DNA of 56,306 nt, from the NCBI GenBank assembly GCA_040752415.1, contig JBFMGU010000032.1, forward strand, positions 1 to 56,306, read 5' to 3'. Below the pieces are notes generated by a model. It worked only from the letters and a program-made list of their open reading frames with translations. It searched no databases and was not told where the DNA came from. Made by a program: the position numbers and the translations under genes. This document shows, one piece after another, positions 10,491-18,627 of this stretch. The stretch is from Myxococcota bacterium (GTDB lineage Bacteria > Myxococcota > JACRCW01). The first letter of the stretch is position 1. Every line of letters begins with the position of its first letter.

Positions 10491-11386
10491 GGGGGCTCCT
10501 GGAATCCGAACTCTTGCCGACGGGGAAAAGCCGGGTCGGGCTTGGGAAGAAGGGAGAGATCCTCGGAACGACGGACCTCCAACGCGGAACTGCTCTCGTC
10601 CGCCACCCGCTCACGGATTTTGGCGACGTCGGTGGGGGCGAAGTTGCGGTCCAGACGACGCGCGCCGTTGCGCACCTCCAGGTTCTGGAACGCGATGCCG
10701 TTGAACAGCCCGTCGGGCAACGTGACGCGCATGGTCGCGAGGACCAGCGGCTCGCGGTCGGTGGACAGCTCGAGGTCACCGGATTGCGTGAGCGCGGTGG
10801 AAACCATGTCCTCCACCACCATCACGAAACGCTCACCACTCAGGCCCGGCCCGTCGACGCGGCCGGTGACGGTGAGGACCGGCGCATCCAGCGTCAACGT
10901 GGTCCAGGCCTTCTCGGGTACCGTTCTCGTCGGGAAACGCGCGAGCTCGGCGGTGCGGGCGTCCACGGTGACGGGACCCTCGTAGCGGGCGCTTTCACCG
11001 GCGGTGCCGCCGCCACCGGCAAGCTCCTCGTACGGGACGAGCCGGTCGCCGCAGTGACAGTGGCCCCCGTGGCAGAGCGTGCAGCCGGGCGGAGGATTCG
11101 CGGGGTCGAACGTGCTGCTGCCTTCGCCGCTCGTTGCGGCGGTGGAGACCGTGGCGCCGGGCAAAGCCACCGTGGCGCTCTCGACGACGACGGTGAAACC
11201 CTGGTCGGTGGTGATCGGGGCGGTGGCGCTGGGGAATGTGAAGGCCGCTTGCAACGTCAGCTCAGACGTGGATTCGCCGGCGAGAAGCGTGCAGCCGGTA
11301 AGGGTGCCCGCGATGAGACATGCGATGGCGAGGGAGAAGGTTGGTGGAGATGCGGCCCCCCCACCCGGCCGCCTTCGCGCCTGCAC
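10487..11386 (-). CDS. Uncharacterised lipoprotein with FDPANPPPG-CxxCHGGHCHC motif (start uncertain)
   Basis: Lipobox LTGC after hydrophobic FSLAIACLIAGT. The nearest in-frame start is GTG 11386, inside the inverted-repeat arm; the frame stays open up to ATG 11899. The stop is coupled to the next gene. Confidence 0.75.
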   Translation of the reverse strand: MQARRRPGGGAASPPTFSLAIACLIAGTLTGCTLLAGESTSELTLQAAFTFPSATAPITTDQGFTVVVESATVALPGATVSTAATSGEGSSTFDPANPPPGCTLCHGGHCHCGDRLVPYEELAGGGGTAGESARYEGPVTVDARTAELARFPTRTVPEKAWTTLTLDAPVLTVTGRVDGPGLSGERFVMVVEDMVSTALTQSGDLELSTDREPLVLATMRVTLPDGLFNGIAFQNLEVRNGARRLDRNFAPTDVAKIRERVADESSSALEVRRSEDLSLLPKPDPAFPRRQEFGFQEPP

Positions 11387-11901
11387 CGATTTGTCGACGA
11401 CGGCGGCCGACCTCCCCCACGGTGTGGGGAGGCGTAGATGTGCCGCGCCCGGTGGTTCCGCTGGGCTCGGCGCGGCACAAGGCCTCGATGGGACCAGGCC
11501 GCGGATGGCGCGCGACGACGGCGGCGTGGGCGGCGAACACCTAACCCCCCCACCTTCACACCGCTGCGCTCGCTCGCCCCCCTTCCCCATGCCGGAGTTG
11601 TCGTCGTCGATCATTCTGGGGGAAGGGGGGCCACCGACTTGGTCTCTCCCCGCCGCAGAGCGGCCCTCGCCCAAGCGCGTGAGCGCAGTGGCTTGAACGT
11701 GGGGGGTTGGGTGTTCGACGGAATCACCGCGCGCCACCCGCGGCCTGGTCCCATCGAGGCCTTGTGCCGCGCCGCGCCCACCGGAACCACCGGGCGCGGC
11801 ACATCTACGCCTCCCCACACCGTGGGGGAGGTCGGCCGCCACGACGTGGAAGCGGTGAACGCGCAAGGCGGCCGGGTGGGGGGGCCGCATCTCCACCATC
11901 C
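11339..11901. repeat. Nested inverted-repeat element (~170-bp outer arms around a second palindromic unit)
   Basis: 11342-11514 is the imperfect reverse complement of 11728-11898. The inner unit (cggcgaacacctaacccccc... / ...ggggggttgggtgttcg, ~11531-11720) matches the family at 41562-41891 and 56071-56168. Confidence 0.92.
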
Positions 11902-11906
11902 CCAGG

Positions 11907-13472
11907 TCAGAACGCGTGCGCACCGTGCGCTCCAATGGCCACCTCCAACGCCAGAAACAACGCGTGCGTGGGATGGCGACGGAAAAATGGCCGATCCAAC
12001 CCGTACTGCACCCTCAATCGCGAGAACTCCGTGGGCCAGAACGTCAACGCCACGCTCCCGCGCGTGCGCAATCCCGTCCAATCCGGGTCCGTGGGATCCC
12101 CGCCCAGGTGTGCGCCCGGAATGCCACTCCCGTATTCCATCCGCATCCCCGCCGCGAACTGCTTGGCAAAACGCCAGAACACCTGCGCGAAGCCACCGTG
12201 GTCCGTCAGCACGCCTCCCGCCACCTGTCGACGTCGCAGGATCCACTCCGCGTGCAGGCTGATGATCTGGTACGCCAGCTCAAAGGACGGCATCCACGCC
12301 GGCGACCCTGGCAGCCGATAGCTCGGCAGGTTCTGCCCGATGGGCCGGAACTTCAGGTACACATCGGACCCGATGATCTCCGTGCGGTGATCCCGACCAT
12401 TCCACTGCGGCAGCCCCACTTCCTGCACCCCCAGGAAGGTCGCCACCTCCTCGGGCGGCGTGCCGGTCTCGAGGACGTCGGAGAGCGTGAGCTGGTCAAA
12501 CCTCCCCGTCCCATGCGGCCCCGCCATGCCACTCACGCCCCACGCGAGCGAGAGTGAATCACTGAGCGGAAAGAACTGCTTCACCGCGCCGGTGTACTGG
12601 AACATCCGCGGGTCCCGGACCCACGCGCTGTTGTTCCCGAGGAAGCTCTTGGCCGTCGCGCCGCCCGCCGCGTCGGTGACGCTGAACACCGTCTCCAGGT
12701 ACCACGGCAGCGGCGCCAGCCAGCTCAGCTCCACACCAAGGCCGCGGTTCCCCTCGCTGCCGAAGATCTTCCCCCAGAAGATGGGCTGATCAATGAAGTC
12801 CCACGCGTGCAGGTGCGTGTTGTTGAACCGACCAAACCGCGTGAGGAACTGCCCCGCGCGCACCTGCAGGGACCCCGGCAGCGCCATCGTGGTGGCGTAC
12901 GCCTCCTCGATCTCGACGCCAAACTGCGAGAACACGATGTTCCCGTCGGCGCGGAAGTACGGGTCCACCGCGGCGCCAAACGCCAGCTCCAGCTGCTGGA
13001 GATTGAATCCGTTCCTGCGCGGGTCATGCCCACCCGCCTGCAGCGGTTGATCATTGGAGAAGAACGCCAGCGCCACGTCGGTGATGAGGGAGAGGTCCGG
13101 GTTCACGTTCTGGGAGGCCGGCAACGCCATCACCGTGGCCCCCGCCTGCGAGGGCCGGGGCGCCGCCTCCGACGAGCCCACGGTGTACGGCGAGCCGCTG
13201 GTGGGCCCGCCCTGTCGCTCCAGGTCGCGCTTGAGGGCCTCCTCCAGGTCCTTGAGGTCCGCCTCGCTCAGCCCCGCGTCCTCCGCCGCCGGCGCACCCG
13301 CATCCAGCCCGGTCACGGTGAAGGGCGCACCCGCATCCGCCTCCCAGCCCGACTCCGTCGACGGAACCGGCCCCGCATCCGGCGCCTCCTGCGCGCGCGC
13401 CGGCGCCGCCGTCACGACCAGCAACGCCACCAACACGCCACGCGCGCTCGCGGGACGGGCGAGACGATCCAT
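11907..13472 (-). CDS. Outer-membrane beta-barrel protein of the kind found in zinc-uptake clusters
   Basis: ATG 13472 with GGAG; signal peptide ending ARA; DAG linker; NPDLSLI, GGHDP, ELAFGAAVDPYF, EIEEAY, NNTHLHAWDF, PTEFSRLRVQY; C-terminus GAHGAHAF ending in Phe. Confidence 0.8.
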   Translation of the reverse strand: MDRLARPASARGVLVALLVVTAAPARAQEAPDAGPVPSTESGWEADAGAPFTVTGLDAGAPAAEDAGLSEADLKDLEEALKRDLERQGGPTSGSPYTVGSSEAAPRPSQAGATVMALPASQNVNPDLSLITDVALAFFSNDQPLQAGGHDPRRNGFNLQQLELAFGAAVDPYFRADGNIVFSQFGVEIEEAYATTMALPGSLQVRAGQFLTRFGRFNNTHLHAWDFIDQPIFWGKIFGSEGNRGLGVELSWLAPLPWYLETVFSVTDAAGGATAKSFLGNNSAWVRDPRMFQYTGAVKQFFPLSDSLSLAWGVSGMAGPHGTGRFDQLTLSDVLETGTPPEEVATFLGVQEVGLPQWNGRDHRTEIIGSDVYLKFRPIGQNLPSYRLPGSPAWMPSFELAYQIISLHAEWILRRRQVAGGVLTDHGGFAQVFWRFAKQFAAGMRMEYGSGIPGAHLGGDPTDPDWTGLRTRGSVALTFWPTEFSRLRVQYGLDRPFFRRHPTHALFLALEVAIGAHGAHAF

Positions 13473-13504
13473 GCCAGCTCCACCCTCCTTCCTTCCCGCG
13501 CCAT

Positions 13505-13525
13505 TATTGCAACGCTGTCGCAATA
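13505..13525. promoter_or_regulatory. Putative Zur/Fur-family operator
   Basis: TATTGCAACG-C-TGTCGCAATA, a 10-1-10 palindrome with 8/10 matches and a TTGCAAC-N3-GTCGCAA core. AT-rich within GC-rich DNA, 33 bp upstream of the barrel gene, overlapping a minus-strand AATAAT -10-like hexamer. Confidence 0.65.
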
Positions 13526-13547
13526 TCTCCCGAAGCCGGTTCTCCGG

Positions 13548-14417
13548 TCAAGTGCGCCTGCGGATGACCGCGGAGGCCATGGCCAGCCCGCACATGACGC
13601 AGGCCAGGAAGGTCTGGGATCCGCCGACGGGAAAACGCAGGAAGAACGCGAACAGGTACCCGCCGCCGCCCGCCACCATCCCCAGCAGCGGCGCCAGGAT
13701 GAACACCACGTTCATGCGACCGCTGAGCGCCAGCGCGGTCATGGCGGGGAGCACACTGAAGGCAAACACGCTGAGCGCGCCAATGGCATGGGTGGTGACC
13801 GCCACCGCCACGCCGATGGAGAGGAAGAGGAACAGGTTGAGCGCCCGCACCGGGAGGCCCTGCACGCGCGCGCTCTCCTCGTCAAAGCTGGTGAACACCA
13901 GTCCGCGCTTGAGCAGCAGGTGCGCGCCCATGAGCAGCACGGTGGTGACGATGGTGAGGTGGAAATCCAGCTCCCGCACGACGACACCGGGCCCGAACAG
14001 CACCGCCTGGATGTCGTGGGCCTCCTGGGTGATGCGGTCCCCGGCCATCACCGCGCCCGCGCTGCCAAAGAGGTAGCCCAGTCCCAGCAGCCCTTCGCGC
14101 GTGAGCCGCATGCGCTCGGGGTTGAAGGTGAAGAACCCCATGGCGAGCAACGCGCAGACCAGGGCGCCCGCCACCGGCTCGGCCAGCGCGTGGGGAATCC
14201 ACTCATACATGTCCAGCAGGAACACCAGCGAGACGCCGAGCGCGGAAGCCTGGCTCACCGCGGCGGAGACGAACACCGTGCGACGCAACACGATGTACAC
14301 GCCGAGGTAACCGAGCAGCACCCCGGCGAGCATCCCGGTGATGACGGGGTCACGGAACAGGTCCCAGCTGTCCAGGAACTCCTGCAGCGTGGGCGTGGGC
14401 GTCTCGGCGGGATTCAT
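13548..14417 (-). CDS. znuB: Zn/Mn ABC transporter permease
   Basis: LGVYIVLRR..FVSAAVSQASALG, VLFG, FDEESARVQG, IGALSVFAF; multiple TM segments; ATGA overlap with znuC. Confidence 0.9.
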   Translation of the reverse strand: MNPAETPTPTLQEFLDSWDLFRDPVITGMLAGVLLGYLGVYIVLRRTVFVSAAVSQASALGVSLVFLLDMYEWIPHALAEPVAGALVCALLAMGFFTFNPERMRLTREGLLGLGYLFGSAGAVMAGDRITQEAHDIQAVLFGPGVVVRELDFHLTIVTTVLLMGAHLLLKRGLVFTSFDEESARVQGLPVRALNLFLFLSIGVAVAVTTHAIGALSVFAFSVLPAMTALALSGRMNVVFILAPLLGMVAGGGGYLFAFFLRFPVGGSQTFLACVMCGLAMASAVIRRRT

Positions 14418-15193
14418 GTGTGCGGTCCTCCCGCCTTGCGTCGCTGGAAGTGGTCCAGCTCGACGAGCAGCTCATGCGCCTTCTCCTGCCCGTACAGCCG
14501 CGCGAACTGTTCATGGCCCAGCACCTCCCGCGGGGTGCCGGCAAGCACGGTGCGACTGGTGCGGTCCACGAAGATGACCTGCTCGGCATACTCCGCCGCC
14601 ACGCTGAGCTCGTGGGTCACCATCACCACGGCCATCTTGCGGTCCCGGCGCACGCGGTCCACCAGGCTGAGCATCTCGCGCTCCGCCACCACGTCCATGG
14701 CGCTGGTGGGCTCATCCATGAACGCCACTTCCGGTCGGGAGACCAGCGCGCGCGCGAACAGCACCCGCTGCTTCTGGCCCTCGCTGAGGGAGCGGAAGGA
14801 CTGGTCGCGCAGCTTCCACACGTCCACCGCGTCCATGGCGAGCTTGAGCTCGTCGTAGTCCAGGCCGCTGCTGCCCCAGAAGTTGAACCCGTTGAGGGCA
14901 CCCATCCTCACCACGTTGATGGCGGTGAGGGGATAGATGGGGTCGTAGTGCAGGCGCTGCGGGATGTAGGCCACCTTGAGGCCGGGAGCGTGCATCACCT
15001 GTCCGCTGACGGGCGGGATGAGGCCCAGCACGGTCTTGAACCACGTGCTCTTGCCCGACCCGTTGCGCCCCACCACCACGCAGAACACGCCGCGGTGCAC
15101 GTCCACCTCGATGGGCGGAAGCATGGCCACGCCGTCGTAACCCACCTGCAAGCCGCGGCAATCAATGAGGACGTTGGGATCCTGGATGCTCAT
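14414..15193 (-). CDS. znuC: Zn/Mn ABC transporter ATP-binding protein
   Basis: Walker A GRNGSGKST, YIPQ, signature variant LSEGQKQR, Walker B FMDEP, VTHE. Confidence 0.9.
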   Translation of the reverse strand: MSIQDPNVLIDCRGLQVGYDGVAMLPPIEVDVHRGVFCVVVGRNGSGKSTWFKTVLGLIPPVSGQVMHAPGLKVAYIPQRLHYDPIYPLTAINVVRMGALNGFNFWGSSGLDYDELKLAMDAVDVWKLRDQSFRSLSEGQKQRVLFARALVSRPEVAFMDEPTSAMDVVAEREMLSLVDRVRRDRKMAVVMVTHELSVAAEYAEQVIFVDRTSRTVLAGTPREVLGHEQFARLYGQEKAHELLVELDHFQRRKAGGPHT

Positions 15194-16182
15194 CAGTGCC
15201 GGTGCCCGCGCTTGTGACCCTTCCCGTGGTGGTCATCGTCATCGTCGTCATCGTCGTGGCCGGCCCCCACGCTCACCGGCTCGCGCGCGTCGTGGTCATG
15301 GTCCTCGTCGGGAAGCGGCTGGGTGAAGCGCTGTCCGCCCACCTCCAGCGTGAAGGACTGGCAGCCCTTGGGCACCGTGAAGTTCAGCACCGCGGGCAGG
15401 CGGGACTCATACACCTTCAGCACCTTGCCCTTGTCGTCGTAGATGGTGCCGCCCGCGGCCACGGTCATGGTCTCGTCCACCAGCACCGCCACCAGCTCCG
15501 CCATCTCCTCCATGCGGTCCGCCACGCGGTGACACCACAGGTGGCCCACGCCGGGGTACTCGTCGTGGCAGATCTCCTCCATCTGCTTCTCGTCCACCTG
15601 GTCACCCACGCCCACGAGGATGAAGTTGAGGCGCGGCAGGCGCCCCGCGGCAATCTCCTTGGCCACCTGCGTGCTGTAGGCGCGGACGTCGGCGGCGTCG
15701 TGGAGCTGGCTGTCGGTGATGATGACGGCCAGGCCGCGGCGCGCGCCCTTGCTGACCTGCTGGCGGATGAACTGGACGTAGTCGCGCAGCACGGGGAGCA
15801 GCACGGTGGCCTTCCCGTAGAAGCGCGGCCCGGGGAACTTGTAGCTCTTGGCCTGGTTCCCGTTGAGGTCGCCCACCACCTCGAGCTGGCTGCCGTCGCC
15901 GGTGGCCCAGTAGGCCACGCGCAGCACGCCGTCGCGGTCCTTGGTGGCCAGGTACTCCAGCATCCACTGCATCTGCGGTTCCACCTGGTTGCGGACCCCG
16001 CCCAGCTTGGCCAGCACGCCGCGTGGACCGTACTCGTCCTCCATGCTGGCGGAGCCGTCCATGTACAGCGCCACGTCCAGTCCCTCGACGGTGGGGTCGT
16101 GCAGGAGCGTGGCGGTGACGTTGCCGTCCCTGTTGTGGACGTCCGAAAACGGCTTGACGATGACTTCGTGCTTGTGACCCAT
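15193..16182 (-). CDS. vWA (MIDAS) domain protein with His/Asp-rich C-terminal tail, paralogue 1
   Basis: MIDAS-like LYMDGSASM ... T ... IITDS; NFILVGVG; tail DEDHDHD...HDDDDDDDDHHGKGHKRGHRH; stop overlaps znuC start (TGATG). Confidence 0.8.
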   Translation of the reverse strand: MGHKHEVIVKPFSDVHNRDGNVTATLLHDPTVEGLDVALYMDGSASMEDEYGPRGVLAKLGGVRNQVEPQMQWMLEYLATKDRDGVLRVAYWATGDGSQLEVVGDLNGNQAKSYKFPGPRFYGKATVLLPVLRDYVQFIRQQVSKGARRGLAVIITDSQLHDAADVRAYSTQVAKEIAAGRLPRLNFILVGVGDQVDEKQMEEICHDEYPGVGHLWCHRVADRMEEMAELVAVLVDETMTVAAGGTIYDDKGKVLKVYESRLPAVLNFTVPKGCQSFTLEVGGQRFTQPLPDEDHDHDAREPVSVGAGHDDDDDDDDHHGKGHKRGHRH

Positions 16183-16476
16183 GGGGCGCCTCGCCGGTTG
16201 GGCCCCTCGTACCACAAACGGCCCGCGAGGCCATGGGCGGGACGGCGGGCTTTCCGCTGGCCAGCGCCGTACCGACCGCTCTCCGACGCTACCGCCCGTC
16301 CACCGGCTCGAGCTGATGCCGCGTCGGTCCGGATCCCGCCGCCACGTCTCTGTCAAGCAAGCTCACCCGAAGGCACCCAGAGCTCCTTGCGGGCCTGACG
16401 CCACCGTTCGTCAACGACAAGCTTCAATTCCGACGGCAGCGTTGTTTGTATTGACCAGATGAGACTCAGATTAGGA

Positions 16477-17220
16477 TTAGGGGCAGGCGAAGGTCGGGTG
16501 GGCGCCGGCATCCGCTGATTCCTCACCACAGAGCAGTGGTTGCTCTTGATAGGATGAAACACACGCCAGTTCGGGGGCTGCGCACTCGCCGCCCAGGCAT
16601 GCTGCGGCCACAAAGGAATAGCTGCCGACGTCCCACACGAAGTCGTTGCCCGAGCTGAGCCTTTCGTATGTGGTTGCGCAACAGCACCGCGTGGCTGCGC
16701 AGTCCCGTGCGACCTGGCACGGGGCACCCGCCGCAGCCCCATCCGATTCCCAGGACCCTCCATCGCTGATGGATTGCCACCACAGAACGCCGCCATCGCT
16801 TGCCAGCGGCCTGGTGAACATCATGCTGATGCTCGCGTCCTGGAGTTGATGTTTCAGCACCTGGAGATGGCATGTCACGTGGGCGCCAGTGGGGTCCGAC
16901 AGGGTGATCGCGCCACAGTATCCCTCGCAACGTCCGGTATCGGGAACGGTGGCCTCATAGTGGATGCGACCAGCGTCGTCGCTGAAGACGCGCTCCGACC
17001 CGCACTCCATCTGGATGCCCGCAAGCCGGAATCCGGTGCCCCGTTCGATAACGACAAAGTCCCGAACGACGTCGAATGGTCCACATTCCGAGTAACCATG
17101 GCAGAGGTCACATCCAGAGCTTGGGCCCGCGCACGCGCGGCACGACGCGCACGCGACCATGACGATGGTGATGATCGCCTTGGCAAAGGGGGCGGAAGGT
17201 GAGTCAAGAGAAGACTTCAT
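16477..17220 (-). CDS. Cys-rich secreted/lipoprotein-like hypothetical protein
   Basis: Hydrophobic N-terminus followed by CASCRAC; many Cys; codon usage visibly less GC3-biased than neighbours. Confidence 0.5.
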   Translation of the reverse strand: MKSSLDSPSAPFAKAIITIVMVACASCRACAGPSSGCDLCHGYSECGPFDVVRDFVVIERGTGFRLAGIQMECGSERVFSDDAGRIHYEATVPDTGRCEGYCGAITLSDPTGAHVTCHLQVLKHQLQDASISMMFTRPLASDGGVLWWQSISDGGSWESDGAAAGAPCQVARDCAATRCCCATTYERLSSGNDFVWDVGSYSFVAAACLGGECAAPELACVSSYQEQPLLCGEESADAGAHPTFACP

Positions 17221-17302
17221 TCATGTCCCCCGTTGATGCAGTCACTCCTTATGGCCGCGTTCCCGTCACGTGGCGACCGCGCAACCCGTGAGGGCCCATG
17301 GC

Positions 17303-18301
17303 TCAGCCCTTTGGGCAGTGCCCACTTCGCGTGTACGCACAAGACTCCCGCCAGACGCGGCGCAACCCATCGCGATCCCACGTTCCCTTCTCGATGTCGT
17401 AGCATCCCGCAATCCGCCTCGCGGAGCTGAAGTCACCGAGCCACTCCAGTGTGTTCCGGAGGCGTCGTGCCACCAGCACATCCTCTTCCTCCCTGAATGC
17501 TCTTTCCATCCTCGCCACCTTCCACGCGGTAAGACGCGCCCTTCTGCTTTGCGGACACAGGACGCCAACGCGACCCTCATCGGCGTCGGTCGGAAACCGG
17601 AGGAACGCATCGACAATGGCGAGCCTTTGGGTGCGCGACAGCTCCAACGCCAGCGCGCCATCCCTTCCACCCAACCACAGCTCGTCCAGCGCAAGCGTTC
17701 GCGTCGTCGGCAACTCCGCCAATTCCGTCAGGGCTCCAACGAGGTACTCATCATCCCAATCGTCTTTGTACCAACCGTGATGCAGCTTCCTCACCGCGAC
17801 GACCTCTGCTGCATTCGGTGATGACACATCAATCTGTCCCTGCAACTCCAGCGTGGCGCCATAGGCCATGAAACTCAGCCTGCGGTCGCCCACTGGTGGC
17901 GCGCCTTTGCTGGCCGCTGCGTGCCGCAAAGTCACCAACGACGTCGCGTCGATTCGCCCCCTGATCAGCTCGAGTACCCGGTAGGCAACCCGCCACTCAC
18001 GTCGGTGCGGCTCGCAAGCGAACTCACGCATGACGACCACCCTCCGGCGCCAGAGACAAGTCCCGCCGTCCCCAGAGCACTCCTCGTCGACGGACTCGCA
18101 TGACGGGTCCAATTCGACGGGGACCACGAGGTCCTGCACCGCAACGACTTCAAGAACTGCGATCACATCCGCTCTGGAGATCCGCTCGGTCAGAAGCCAG
18201 GTCCCGCGGCGGGATGCGTGTGCTCCATCCGGGAGGAGAGAAGCCCACAGAATGAGCGCGACGGCCACAGCACAATAGCGGGCGTCGTTGGGCGTCGGCA
18301 T
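17303..18301 (-). CDS. Secreted hypothetical protein (beta N-domain, helical C-domain)
   Basis: Signal peptide ending GAHA, then LTERISRADVIAVLEV; atypical codon usage; start taken at ATG 18301. Confidence 0.55.
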   Translation of the reverse strand: MPTPNDARYCAVAVALILWASLLPDGAHASRRGTWLLTERISRADVIAVLEVVAVQDLVVPVELDPSCESVDEECSGDGGTCLWRRRVVVMREFACEPHRREWRVAYRVLELIRGRIDATSLVTLRHAAASKGAPPVGDRRLSFMAYGATLELQGQIDVSSPNAAEVVAVRKLHHGWYKDDWDDEYLVGALTELAELPTTRTLALDELWLGGRDGALALELSRTQRLAIVDAFLRFPTDADEGRVGVLCPQSRRARLTAWKVARMERAFREEEDVLVARRLRNTLEWLGDFSSARRIAGCYDIEKGTWDRDGLRRVWRESCAYTRSGHCPKG

Positions 18302-18386
18302 CACAGGTCGAAGCGTGCGTTCCTCGCACTTTGAGCACAACAAGACGCTTGTCCGATTGCCCTACAGCGGATCCCACTCGGATTGA

Positions 18387-18561
18387 CCGGGGAGGTGATG
18401 ACCCCTGGCCACGGAATCGCAGACAAGAATGGCTGCGCCACGGGGAATTTTGCCGTCGCTCCCGTAAGCCCACCGGCATTGGTTGTCGAAGCGGGTTCAC
18501 TGGACCGTGGCGCAGCCATTTGTGTCTGCGATTCCGTGGCCCGGGGCCATCACTTCGCCGG
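18387..18561. repeat. REP-like inverted-repeat doublet
   Basis: 18387-18443 is the imperfect reverse complement of 18505-18561. Each arm contains GTGG-cgcag...ctgcg, a short internal hairpin. Confidence 0.85.
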
Positions 18562-18627
18562 TGTGTGGTTCACCCAACGAAGACGACGTCATCGGGCGCC
18601 CAGCCTGATCGGGAACCGCTGTGAGGC

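Noticed and set aside
7419..10985. 1188-aa plus-strand ORF (likewise 3529-5553 -, 12807-14858 +, 26320-28107 +, 40009-41622 -, 43073-45352 +)
   Set aside because: These are antisense shadows of well-supported genes; high GC3 suppresses stops on the opposite strand, and the translations have no motifs.
11387..11935. Extended 482-aa version of the lipoprotein as a real protein domain
   Set aside because: The extension is translated palindrome and would bury the signal peptide. It is kept only as an observation about the open frame, not annotated as coding.
16183..16356. Riboswitch in the leader of the metal cluster
   Set aside because: GC-rich pairing is possible and a TTGACA lies at 16351-16356, but I recognise no cobalamin, NiCo or yybP consensus; an Rfam/Infernal scan would be needed.
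16400..18600. Integron cassette array
   Set aside because: No integrase, and the palindrome at 18387-18561 lacks RYYYAAC/GTTRRRY attC ends.
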